From contig NC_043016.1 in NCBI RefSeq assembly GCF_006345805.1, positions 8,184,001 through 8,248,000 of the forward strand: 64,000 nucleotides of DNA, in the 5' to 3' direction. The stretch's first letter is position 1; each line of letters starts with the position of its first letter. This DNA comes from Octopus sinensis (taxonomy: Eukaryota). Positions 1-11,360 of this stretch are shown here, in pieces. Under the pieces are notes generated by a model that searched no databases, had not been told where the DNA came from, and saw only the letters and a list, made by a program, of their open reading frames with translations. The position numbers were made by a program, and so were the translations under genes.

Positions 1-184
1 TTTGTATGTTTATATATATATATATATATATATTATATGCATGTATGTTTATACATGTATATATGTATGTATCTTTATATATGTAGATATGCGTGTATCT
101 TTATGTATAATGTTTATATGTGTGTATATATATATGTATGCATGTTTATATGTGTGTATGTTTATATGTGTGTGTGTATGTATA

Positions 185-222
<38 letters not shown>

Positions 223-380
223 GGTACAACAGTGCACCAATATTTACTGGAAATAGCAGTCAGTAATATATGATGCTATAGTAAAGCTTCACTGTACTGG
301 AAAAGATGTATGCATGTTTATATTTGTATGTATGTTTATATATATGTGTGTACACACACACACACATTATATATTTGTGT
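1..380. repeat. (TA)n/(TATG)n/(CA)n compound microsatellite
   Basis: Low-complexity TA/TG/CA sequence seen directly; explains the YIYI/VCVC ORFs. Confidence 0.95.
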
Positions 381-494
381 ATCTGTATGTCTGTAAAATG
401 TTATCTGAATTTTCTCCATCTCTAAAACTATCATCATCTCCATCGCAAACAGGCAATATAATAAACAAAGCAACGAGGCAGTCTCTATGTGGTC

Positions 495-840
495 ACTTTA
501 TCTGCTAGAAATAGCATCAACTCTAATTTACACCCAACAATCTTCAGAAAATAAAAAGAGGGCATCTAGTAATTTAATTCTAGGTATATATAATGTACCT
601 CCACCTCCAAAAAAAAAAAAAAAAAAACCCCTAGAAAGTAGCTGTGTTTGTGGTTGAAACCCCCTTTGATCATAGGTCATCTAGATTAGAGCTGACCTGG
701 AGCTAAACGACGACAAAGGACACCACATTGGATAATGTAGTCCAAGGTACTCTGTGTCTGAATGAAAGATGGAATGTTCACAGCTGGAACACCTTAGATC
801 ATAGTGCTGCTGCATTAGGACTAGCTCGGGGCTAAACTAT
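495..840 (+). mobile_element. Unclassified interspersed repeat (family H), two partial tandem copies
   Basis: Motif 'tttgatcataggtc...gctgacctggg/agctaaac' occurs twice here. Related sequence recurs near 10980-11130, 24950-25090, 27790-27930 and 37360-37560. Confidence 0.5.
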
Positions 841-1022
841 AACACCCATTATTATCACCACTGCCACCACCACCACCACCACCACCGTTTTACAAACGTG
901 GTCTCCATTACCACCGCCACCGCCGCCGCTGCCGCCATCACCATTATAACAACCGCTGTTTCTGCTAACCACCACAAAGACCACCTCCACTACCACCACC
1001 ACCACCACCGCCATCACCACCA
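840..1022. repeat. (CAC/CCG)n trinucleotide-rich tract
   Basis: Imperfect ACC/CCG repeats seen directly. Confidence 0.9.
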
Positions 1023-1329
1023 GCTCATAGGTTAGGAATGTATTTATCTTGTCACAATTATAACTTTGGGATTTTACTTCCCAAAAGATGTCGATAATTG
1101 CTGCTTTCCATTTTTACTTTAGGGAGAGAGCACTGTCTCCAACGTGTGTGAATGTGATGAACACGTATGCATGCATATATGTCTGTTTCGTGTGTTGTGT
1201 GTGTGTGTATACTGCACTGACTACACCTCTGCTACAGCAATTAATAATCAGGTGTGGCAGTAAAGACACACCTGTCTACTTTACATCTATTTATTTATTT
1301 ATTAAATTCATTTAATCTTTTCTGTTCAC

Positions 1330-2605
1330 TACTTCTACTGTCTCTCACTCTCTCTCTCTCTAATCACTCTCATGCTCATTGTCTCTTTTTCTCTCTCTGT
1401 TTCACTCATTCACTCTCTCTCTCTCTCTCTCTCTCTCTGTGTTTCTTACTCCGTTTCATTCTTTTTCTTTCTGTGTCTCTCTCATTCTTTCTGTTTAACC
1501 ATCTGACTATTTTTCTCTTTCTCTCTCTCTCCTTCTCTCTCTCTCTTGCTCTTCTATTCTCTATGATTTTCTCAGCTTCACTCTTTGTTTTTTTTTCTAT
1601 CTCTCTCCCTGTCTCATTCTCTATTTGATCCTACATCTCTCTCACTCTCTCCATCTCTCTTACACTCTCTCTCTCTCTCTCCTTCTCTCACCCTCCGTCT
1701 CTCTCACCCTCCCTCCCTCTCACTCTCCATCTCTCTCTCACTCTCTCCATCTCTCTCACACCTCTCTCACACTCTCTATCTCTTTCACTCTCTCCATCTC
1801 TCCCTCTCTCTTACTCTCTTCCCCTCTCTCCCTCTGTCCATCTCTCACTATATCCCTCTCTTCATCTCACTCTCTCCATATCTTATTCTTTCCCTATCTT
1901 CATCTCTCACTCTCTTCATCTCTCACTTTCTCCATCTCTCATTTTCTCCATCTCCCTCACGTTTCCTCTCTCACTTTCTCTCCCCCCTCATCTCTCACTC
2001 TCTTCTCTCTCCCTCCCTCTCTGTCTTTCTCTCATCTCTCTTCCCCTTATCTCTCTTGTTCTCTTTCCATTTCTCTCCCTCCTCATCTCAACTCTCTCTC
2101 CCTCCCCATCTCGCTCTCTCTCCCTCCTCATCTCTCGCTCTCTTCCCTCATCATCTCTCTCTCTCTCCTCCCCATCTCTCGGCTTTCTCTCTCCCTCCTC
2201 ATCTCTCGCTCTCTCTCCATCCTCATCTCTCGCTCTCTCTCCCTCCTCATCTCTCGCTCTCTCTCCCTCCTCATCTCTCGCTCTCTCTCCCTCCTCATCT
2301 CTCACTCTCTCTCCCTCCCCATCTCTCGCTCTCTCTCCCTCCTCATCTCTCGCTCTCTCTCCCTCCTCATCTCTCGCTCTCTCTCCCTCCTCATCTCTTG
2401 CTCTCTCTTCCTCCTCATCTCTCGCTCTCTCTCCTTCCTCATCTCTCGCTCTCTCTCCCTCCCCATCTCTCGCTCTCTCTCCCTCCTCATCTCTCGCTCT
2501 CTCTCCCTCCTCATCTCTCGCTTTCCCTCCCTCCTCATCTCTCGCTCTCTCTCCCTCCTCATCTCTCGCTCTCTCTCCCTCTCCCACTCCATTTCTCTCT
2601 CCATT
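1330..2605. repeat. Polypyrimidine (CT-rich) tract ending in a 24-bp minisatellite
   Basis: About 1.3 kb of almost pure C/T. From about 2190 to 2580 the unit CCTCATCTCTCGCTCTCTCTCCCT repeats in tandem, giving the 8-aa periodic ORFs. Confidence 0.95.
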
Positions 2606-2934
2606 TGTTACACGCATCCATATACACATTTCTCTATTCTTGTAAATCAAATATATTACTAACTATTCTTCACAAAAATCACTGGTTAACGAGAACTCAA
2701 TTTATACAGGGATGGGTGCTCACTAATTAACTTTTGCTACAACCAGTAATAGGTAAACTTATGGCAAGCTAATTTACTCAACTACATACTGTGTTTGATT
2801 TGCTTTCACATGGAAATGCTTGCTGAACAGTCTTTATCCTCCATAATGTATAGTCTTGTCCAGTAAATGTAGTCAAACTTCCTATTTTAAATAGATTTGG
2901 ATAAGTCAAGACACATGGCCTCATGGTTTAGGTA

Positions 2935-3400
2935 TCATCATCATCATCAACATCATTTAACGTCCGCTTTCCATGCTAGCATGGGTTGGACGATTTGACT
3001 GAGGACTGGCGAACCAGATGGCTGCATCAGGCTCCAATCTGATCTGGCAGAGTTTCTATGGCTCGATGTCCTTCCTAACGCCAACCACTCCGAGAGCGTA
3101 ATGGGTGCTTTTACGTGCCACCAGCACGAGGGCCAGTTTGGTGGTACTGGCAACGGCCACGCCCAAATAGTGCTTTTTACGTGCCCCCTGCACCGGAGCC
3201 AGTCCAGCTGCACTGGCAACGACCTTGCTTGAATGTTTCACGTGCCACCAGCACAAGTGCTGGTAAGGCGACGCGGTAACGATCACGCTCGAATGGTGTG
3301 TTTTACGTGCCATCGGCATGAAGGGCAGCTGTTGCTCTGGCAACGATCTCACTCGTATGGTACTCTTAGTGCTCCACTAGCAACAGATACCAGTCACCGA
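2935..3400 (-). mobile_element. Family E repeat (SINE-like, (ATG)n tail, internal ~60-bp subrepeats)
   Basis: Minus strand ends ...ccaacccatgctagcatggaaagcggacgttaaatgatg. The body has repeated tttacgtgccaccNgcac units. Other copies at 15485-15778, 25981-26400 and 38729-39065. Confidence 0.8.
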
Positions 3401-3423
3401 GTTTGATTTTGACTTCGAGTATA

Positions 3424-3700
3424 TGGCTCATAATTGCAAAGTCGTGAGTTCAATTCCTGGACTGGGCTGTATGTGTCGTGTCTTTGAGCAAGAGAACCCA
3501 GCTGGCAAAAATGAGTTGTACTTGTATTTCAAAGGGCCAGTCTTGTCCCATTCTGTGTCACATTGAATTTCTCTGAGAACTATGTTAAGGGTACGTGTGT
3601 GTCTGTGGAGTGCTCATCCACTTGCACATTAACTTCCCGAGCAGGCTGTTCCATTGATCGAATCAGCTGGAACCCTCACTGTTGTAATCGACAGAGTGCC
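3424..3700 (+). mobile_element. tRNA-derived SINE, D-type head with C-type tail
   Basis: B-box-like gagttcaattcc and gtgtctttgagcaag core, then the tail shared with 33584-33971 and 60113-60487. Confidence 0.7.
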
Positions 3701-3735
3701 GGTATAGGGATATATATGATATAAGATGTGAAAGC

Positions 3736-4010
3736 ACATGGACTAGTGATCAGGGTGTTACACTCTTGATGATGAGATTGTAGTTTCAATTCCCAGACCA
3801 GGTGGTACATTGTGTTCTTGAGCAAAACACTTCGTCTCACGTTGCTTTGCGATCAATTTGGCACCTGGCGTATGGCACACTGTACACCTGATCAGGCAAC
3901 AATCTATTTGATGTAGGGAGTGAGCTAATGTGCGGCACATACCTTTGGTCACTTTTTAATAAATCTTTTGTGCAGGTCGTTCGGCAAGAAATTGCAGAAA
4001 CACCTTTCTC
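3736..4010 (+). mobile_element. tRNA-derived SINE, D-like head with a different tail (degenerate)
   Basis: tggactagtgatcagggtg...gtttcaattcccagacc...ttgtgttcttgagcaaaacactt head, followed by a tail not seen on other copies. Confidence 0.55.
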
Positions 4011-4124
4011 GGTCTATAATAGACTACCACCACCACCACCACCACCACCATCATCTTGATCATAAATAAGTGTCTGTATGTGTATATATATATATATCTG
4101 TAAGTGTGTATATATGCATGTGTA

Positions 4125-4159
<35 letters not shown>

Positions 4160-4626
4160 ATAGCCATGTGTGTATGTCTGTAATTATTACTTGACTGTTA
4201 CAGTTCTTTTCATTATAGAATTAGCTACCACCGTAGCTAATTCTATAATTCCAGCCATAACATATTTAGTATATTCCCACACTCTGACTGTGTTAGGCAT
4301 TCTGCTGTCATCAAACTGACACCTGTTGGTCCGAGCATTACACTACATTACATAATATAGCCTCTAGCCCCTCTCTCTCTCTCTCTCTCTCACCCCTTCT
4401 CTCTCACCACCCTTTCTCTCTCTCTGTGTGGACAATGCAGAATTTCACTGGAATCTATCAACAAGTGATTATAACACTTGTTACAAAATATAACGTGGAA
4501 ATGTATTTTTCGTACCGTTCCTTATCCGTTTTTTTTTTTTTATTTTGTTGTTGTTGTTGTTGTTTTTGAATGGCTGTTATAAAAGGAACATTGTTGTTTA
4601 TTAAACACTGACTTGTGTATATTCAT

Positions 4627-5030
4627 TTATTCTTTTGCTTGTTTCAGTCATTTGACTGTGGGCCATGCTGGAACACAGCCTTGAAAGGTTTTAGTCGAAG
4701 AAATCTACCCCACGATTTATTTCTCAAGTCTAATTCTTATTCTATTAGACCCTTTTTCACCGAACTGTGAAGTTACAGGAACATAAACACACCAACACTG
4801 GTTGTCAAGCAAAGGTGGGGGAACAAACATGCACATGCAAATATGTACACACACACACACACACACATATATATAAATGACAGGCTTCCTTCAGTTTCCG
4901 TTTACTAAATATATGCACACAACTTTGGTTGGTCCAAGGCTGTAGCAGAAGACACTTGTCCAAGGTGAACAATGGGGTTGAACCTGGAACCATGTAGTTG
5001 GGAAAGCAAACGTCTTACTTCACAGCCACA
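4627..5030 (-). mobile_element. SINE family A
   Basis: Reverse-complement copy of the element at 5117-5540. Confidence 0.85.
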
Positions 5031-5116
5031 ACTGTTCATTCATTTCTGTACACTATACACATTAATATACAGCAGATACACTAATATACAACAGATTATT
5101 ACACACTATAGGCATA

Positions 5117-5540
5117 GGAGTGGCTGTGTGGTAAGTTGCTTGCTTACAAGCCACATGGTTCCGGGTTCAGTCCCACTGTGTGGCACCTTGGGCAAGTGCC
5201 TTCTACTACAGCCTCAAGCCGACCAAAGCCTTGTGAGTGGATTTGGTAGACAGAAACTGAAAGAAGCCCGTCGTATATATGTATATATATATATATGTGT
5301 GTGTGTATATGTTTGCGTGTCTGTGTTTGTCCCCCCCCCCCCAACATCGCTTGACAACCGATGCTGATGTGTTTACGTCCCCGTAACTTAGCGGTTCGGT
5401 AAAAAAAGGAGCCCGGTAGAATAAGTACTAGGCTTACAATGAATAAGTCCTGGGGTCGATTTGCTCGACTAAAGGAGGTGCTCCAGCATGGCCGCAGTCA
5501 AATGACTGAAACAAGTAAAAGAGTAAAGAGAGTAAAGAGT
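5117..5540 (+). mobile_element. SINE family A (tRNA head, CORE-like CTTGGGCAAGT box, internal TA/TG microsatellite, GTAAAAGA tail)
   Basis: A-box-like TGGCTGTGTGG, B-box-like GGTTCAGTCCC and CACCTTGGGCAAGTG resembling the CORE-SINE domain. More than 20 full or partial copies lie in this window. Confidence 0.9.
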
Positions 5541-5983
5541 ATGCACTAACGGAAACATGGGCTAATGCCTTCAGTTTATATCTCACAACAATGACAAATA
5601 ACAATGCCACCACTGGAAACAATAAGGCTGTGAGGCAACCCAGCACAGTAATCATATTGTTGAAAGTAGAGAACACAAATCACCAGAAATTCACCTGAAT
5701 ATGCCTTGGTTCTCAAGGAAACAGAAAACCTTATATAGAAAACTGGAACTACTCTCATTACCTCACCTTCTCCTTTCTTACCAGCAACACTTGTGAACAT
5801 CAGATGCAAACAATTGCTGTTGTCAATGGCATACATACATACAATACACTGCATACATACATACAAAGGACATATGAAGTGTTTGGATCAAACTTGTGAC
5901 TTGGCTTTGCCACAGTCTCGCATGTTCATTGCATTTTCTTCTGCATGGTACCATGAATTGTCAGAAGATACTGGTAGAAATAG

Positions 5984-6210
5984 CATGCTGGCAGAAACAT
6001 TAGCAGGCCGGGCGAAATGCTTTGTGGTATTTCATCCGCCGTTACGTTCTGAGTTCAAATTCCGCCGAGGTCGACTTTGCCTTTCATCCTTTCGGGGTCG
6101 ATTAAATAAGTACCAGTTACGCACTGGAGTTGATATAATCAACTTAATCCCTTTGTCTGTCCTTGTTTGTCCTCTCTGTGTTTAGCCCCTTGTGGGTAGT
6201 AAAGAAATAG
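5984..6210 (+). mobile_element. SINE family B (tRNA head, Meta/MESC-like domain)
   Basis: TGGCAGAAAC A-box-like and GAGTTCAAATTC B-box-like motifs. GTCGACTTTGCCTTTCATCCTTTCGGGGTCGA..TAAGTACC resembles the MetaSINE/MESC central domain. Flanked by GGTAGAAATAGC repeats. Confidence 0.88.
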
Positions 6211-6256
6211 GTAGAAATAGCTTCCTTGTGGAGGCCTGCCATATGACGGTATGTAA

Positions 6257-6489
6257 GGCGGCGAGCTGGCAGAAACGTTAGCACGCCGGGTGAAATGCAT
6301 AGTTGTATTTCGTCCGCCATTATGTTCTGAGTTCAAATTCCATCGAGGTCGACTTTGTCCTTCATCCTTTCGGGATTGATTAAATAAGTACCAGTTACGC
6401 ACTGGAGTCGATTTAATCGGCTTAATCCGTTTTTCTGTCCTTGTTTGTCCTCTCTGTGTTTAGCCCCTTGTGGGTAGTAAAGAAATAGG
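6257..6489 (+). mobile_element. SINE family B, tandem second copy
   Basis: Full copy following 5984-6210. Confidence 0.88.
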
Positions 6490-7010
6490 TAGAATTAACT
6501 TCCTTGCAGAGGCCTGCCACGAGACCGTATGAAGAGGCAGACCCACAGGTGATGCTTTGGGAGACGACTGTATCAGTTGGTGCATGAATCTTGTATTTTT
6601 TTTCTCCTTCTGTTTGTGAACGATGCCTCAGTAAACACAAAACTTATAATAGATTAAGGATACAGTTAACGGCAGCTTTGAAATCATGATTTCCTCCTCC
6701 TCTCCATCCACAATCGAATCCAACTTAAAAAAACAAACTTCATCATTATCATTTAACTTCCACTTTTCCGTTTCTATGAGTCTCACAGAATTTGTTGGGG
6801 GTGGTTTTTGTACATCCAGATGTCCCTCCTGCCACCAACCCTCACTTGTTTAATGTTTCCTATGACTAGACATATTTTCATACGAGATTGAAAACAAAAG
6901 AAACTGCTTGCATAATGGTAACATTTGATTCGTTTACAACTATCATGTGATGTCAAGGCAAGCTGATGGTAACACACACATGTACATATACTACAGGCTT
7001 CGTTCAGTTT

Positions 7011-7121
7011 CATCAAATGTAAATAATGTTATCTATCTGTCTCTTTTGTCAAACTGCTAAGTTATGGGGATGTAAAGACACTGACATCGGTTGTCAAGCG
7101 ATGGTGGGGGACAACACAAAC

Positions 7122-7197
<76 letters not shown>

Positions 7198-7395
7198 ATA
7201 TATATATATATAATATATATTATATAATATATATATATATATATTATATATATATATATATATATACACACACAACATGCTTCTTTCAATTTCCGTGTAC
7301 CAAATCCACTCGGGAGAGTTTGGTTGGCCCAAGGTGCCAACCATGGGACTGAACCCAGTACAAATGTTGAACATTACCACACAGCCACATCTGTG
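7011..7395 (-). mobile_element. SINE family A partial, with expanded (TA)n
   Basis: Paralog of the split copy at 7984-9312, sharing diagnostic bases. Confidence 0.8.
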
Positions 7396-7839
7396 CCTAC
7401 AGAGGACCAAAATCAAAATGCAACCCATTTTTGCTCTCTGTATGCATTGACTTTGAAAAGAGAGCACATAGAGAGAATTCTGAAAGGTTCAACAAAAAAA
7501 GAAGAAAAATGTATTTTCATTATTAAGCTGGTGTTTTGCAAACAAAGAATTACAAAAAAAGTTTTATAGATTAGACATTAAAGCAGTTGTTAGGCTTTAT
7601 ATTAGGGGTTCTCAACCATTTTTTTTTTTTTTACAAATGGACTCCTTTGAGTACTATTTTATTCTGGTTGACCCCACTAGCCATTTGAGGTTTAAAAACT
7701 AGTTCTATAGATTCTTCCTTCAAAATTCCTATTTCATTTTACGTGTATTAAACTTGTGTAGGTCAATCTGTGAAAAATGCTGGAGAAAGAAACTTAAGTG
7801 TTTCTTGCAATACATTAAAAGCAAAATTTTATCAGGGGC

Positions 7840-9312
7840 CCAGCCATACTGGAGCAACACCTTTAGTTGAATGAATCGACCCCCAGGGCTTATTCTTTGT
7901 AATACAGTTCTATATTTAAGAGATGAAGAATTATGTACATTATTTACGTTGTGTTAACAACAAACAAGATGGGGACAAATATCCATCAAATGTAAATAAT
8001 GTTTATTCTATCAGTCTCTTTTGCCAAACTGCTAAGTTATGGGGATGTAAAGACACCAACATCGGTTGTCAAGCGATGGTGGGGGACAACACAAACATAT
8101 ACATATTATAAATAAAAGGACAAGCAACCACATATGCTTAACCACATACCGAAAAATTAGAAATAGCAGTCAAAGACCGCTTATTTCTATTTTCTACAAA
8201 GTTCTATTCCTGAGGAACTATTTTTGTGACGCATATATATATATATAAAAAGACAGAGATCATGGCCAGGACGTCGGAGGGGTCCCCAGCATCAGTGTCG
8301 GCGACCACAGCTTGCAGGTGGTGAACGAGTTCACTTACCTGGGATCGACGGTCTCCAGCAGCCTGTCCTCGAGCCGGAGCTGAACAGACGGATTGGAAGG
8401 CTGCTGCTGCCATGGCTAAGCTCTCCAGGAGAGTGTGGGAAAACAACATGCTCACAATAACCACCAAGATCGCTGTGTACCGAGCCTGCGTGCTGAGCAC
8501 CCTACTCTACAGCAGCGAGAGCTGGACAACATACACCCGGCAGGAATGCCGCCTCAGCGGCTTCCACATGCGGTGTCTTCGACGGATCCTTGGCATCTCC
8601 TGGAAGGACCGAATACCAAACGGAGTCATCCTGGAACAGACTAATATGCCAAGCATGTATGCCCTCCTCGTGCGGAGACAACTGCGCTGGCTCGGACACG
8701 TCTGCCGCATGCAGGACGGTCGCATGCCTAAAGACATCCTGTATAGCAAACTCACCACGGGATCCCGACCCAAGGGACGTCCACAGCTACGATACAGGGA
8801 CGTGTGCAAGCGTGACCTGAGGACTGCCAACATCTGTGTGGACACGTGGGAGGAAACAGCTGCTGACCGCTCTGCCTGGCGTCGGACGGTGAGGAAAGGC
8901 GTTTCCATGGCTGAGGAGAGGAGAGCACAGCTGTGGTTGGACAGGCAGGACAGGAGGAGGACAACTGCAGCAACACCCCACATGTACCCATCGATGTTCG
9001 TGTGCAGCAACTGTACCAAGGACTGCCTCTCTAGAATTGGACTGTTCAGTCACAGCAGACGCTGCACATCATCAAAGTAGGCCCCACTCTTGGCGCAACC
9101 CATTGTCTATCAAGACAGACGGGGAAGAGGATATATATATATATATATATATATAACATAACATGCTTCTTTCAGTTTCCGTGTACCAAATCCACTCAGT
9201 AGACTTTGGTTGGCCCAAAGCTACAGTAGAAGACACTTGCCCAAGGTGCCAAGCCATGGGACTGAACCCAGGACAGTGTAGTTGGCAAGCAAGCTTCTTA
9301 CCACACAGCCAC
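7840..9312 (-). mobile_element. SINE family A split by later insertions
   Basis: Tail portion at 7840-8105 and head portion at 9160-9312, with the RTE inserted in its internal (TA)n. Confidence 0.8.
8247..9130 (+). mobile_element. 5'-truncated RTE-clade LINE (C-terminal part of the RT ORF)
   Basis: ORF 8412-9080 has RTE hallmarks: KIAVYRACVLSTLLYSSESW, LRRILGISWKDRIPN, LRWLGHVCRMQDGRMPKDILY, RPKGRPQLRYRD, and a terminal CxxC..H..C zinc finger. Upstream frameshifted sequence reads VNEFTYLGS..ELNRRIGKA. Confidence 0.95.
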
Positions 9313-9902
9313 ACCAATTTACTATTTTGTTTTGTGGACCCTGGTTGAGAACGCCTTCTTTCTATCATAAAACTAGAGGACAATCTCAGATGAGTTGATA
9401 TTAATGGGGGTTAAACGTAAAAATGCATGTGAAATATATACAGTATGTATTGGTCAAGATTCTAAGGTTCTTTGGTAAGGGAGGGAGTTAATTTTTTTTT
9501 TATTATATGTTTATTGTGGTTTTCCTAATGTTAGTTTTATTACTCTATAATTAATTTATAGATTACACTGTTGCTTATTGTTAATTTTTACATTGACATA
9601 TTTATTTCGAGTTTTATTTCATGCCATCCATCAATCTTTTCTGTAAATTTAATAATGAACAATCTGTTTGTTTGTTTTTTTTGTTTGTTTGTTTACTTCT
9701 TTATTTTTTTTGTTTTGTTTTTGTTTCTGTTTTTTTTCCCCCCTTTTCTTTCTGCTTTTCACAACTGCAAGGTGGAACTTGTAAATACTGACTTTGTTTT
9801 ATTGCATTTACATTTATTTATTTTTGTTTTTTTGAGACTGCTTCAAATTAAATTTAGTTTTACCATAAAGAAACGGCTCTCTAATATTGTTGTAGACAGC
9901 TT

Positions 9903-9990
9903 CTACAGTCTCAGTGGCACAATAAAAAACACCACCGGATTATACAACAGATTCGTGGTCGAAAGGAAGAACATCAAGATGTAACAAAAA
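9903..9990 (-). other. Candidate terminal exon (unverified)
   Basis: Minus-strand T-rich acceptor ...ttttgttttgacatag. One frame reads FCYILMFFLSTTNLLYNPVVFFIVPLRL*, followed by AT-rich unique DNA with AATAAA motifs. Confidence 0.2.
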
Positions 9991-10171
9991 CTATGTCAAA
10001 ACAAAAAAAAATGATGTGCACCTGTATACATGCACACAAATGACAACAAAGGCTGGCTGTTTTCTCTATAGTTACTTGTGTAGGCTATTTGATAAAGACC
10101 ACAAGAAGTGGGAGACATTATGAAATCTATCCAACCAACACACGAAGAGAAATGGTTGTAAAATGCTTGTT

Positions 10172-10565
10172 GCTCTTTTTACTCTTTTACTCTTTTCAGT
10201 CATTTGGCTGCGACCATGCTGGAGCACCGCCTTTAGTCGAGCAAATCGACCCCAGGACTTATTCTTTGTAAGCCTAGTACTTATTCTATCGATCTCTCTT
10301 TGCCGAACCGCTAAGTTACGGGGACGTATACACACCAACATCGGTTGTCAAGCGATGATATACACACACACACACACGCATATATATATGTACATACATA
10401 TACGACAGGCTTCTTTCAGTTTCCGTCTACCAAATCCACTCACAAGGCTTTGGTCGGCCCGGGGCTATAGCAGAAGACACTTGCCCAAGGTGCCGTGCAG
10501 TGGGACTGAACCCGGAACCATGTGGTTCGTTAGCAAGCTACTTACCACACAGCCACTCCTACACC
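10172..10565 (-). mobile_element. SINE family A
   Basis: Near-consensus full copy. Confidence 0.9.
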
Positions 10566-11360
10566 TATGGATGGATTTTTTTAGCTCCTTCTAAATTGCT
10601 TGTTTTCAGATATCTTTGTCTATTCCACATTTTAATGGATAAGGATAAAAAAAAAAAGGCTAAAGCTCCTTCCCAAGTCATATAGACTCATAGGGCAAGG
10701 TTCTTGGTTTCTGGTGTGTCTGTATTCCACCTGGATAGGACACCAGTCACTTGCAGGATTACTCATTTTTACCAGCTTAGTCAACAGGAGCAAGAACTTA
10801 CTGCATCAACTGGTTCAGGAATGTAAACCATAATCTTACAATCATGAGTCCAACTTCCTACCATTAACCCATGCACCTCCATCCTGTTGTACATGCCTAT
10901 CTCAAACAGATTGTTATAACCATTATTTAATGCTAAGACAACACTAGTTAGGAAGATTACGATTAAGATCAAAAACATTCAAACTGTGACCATCTCGTTA
11001 GCATTTTTGTAAACCAAAGACCATATTGTTCTATGTATCCTGTTTTATTGCAGACAGTTGGGTGTTTCCTTGAAGATGTTCGATTGCTATTTCTAGCATA
11101 TTGAGTGACCATGTTGAGGCTCCAGGTCTGCTTCAAATAAGAAGTCTTTAGTCAACATTTCAATGACATTGTTTCACCTAACTGAAAACTATACAGCAAA
11201 ATATCACATGGTTTGCAGCTTAAATGTCTATTTGAAATTGCCCTTACCTCTGCCCAGTCTATTTCTGTATGCAGATAAGGTGATTTTTGCCCTGAACATG
11301 ATGGTTGCTATACATCCCAATATAATGTTTGGGACAAATGTGGGTATTGATGTTGCTGTT

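Larger units (their letters stand above)
7603..9357. mobile_element. hAT-type MITE carrying nested insertions
   Basis: TIRs TAGGGGTTCTCAACC (7603) and GGTTGAGAACGCCTT (9357). 8-bp TSD CTTTATAT / CTTTCTAT. Confidence 0.75.

Noticed and set aside
1585-2730. Long ORFs (381, 345 and 220 aa; LSLPPH / ERARDEEG repeats)
   Set aside because: They are translations of a stop-poor CT tract and 24-bp minisatellite, open in several frames on both strands.
3100-3400. Repeat-spacer pattern resembling a CRISPR array
   Set aside because: The repeats are degenerate and the spacers are mutually related. The array recurs inside a dispersed eukaryotic repeat and there are no cas genes.
8247-9130. Bacterial contamination or host gene as explanation for the GC-rich segment
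   Set aside because: The protein motifs are clearly RTE retrotransposon, and the segment is embedded within a host SINE.
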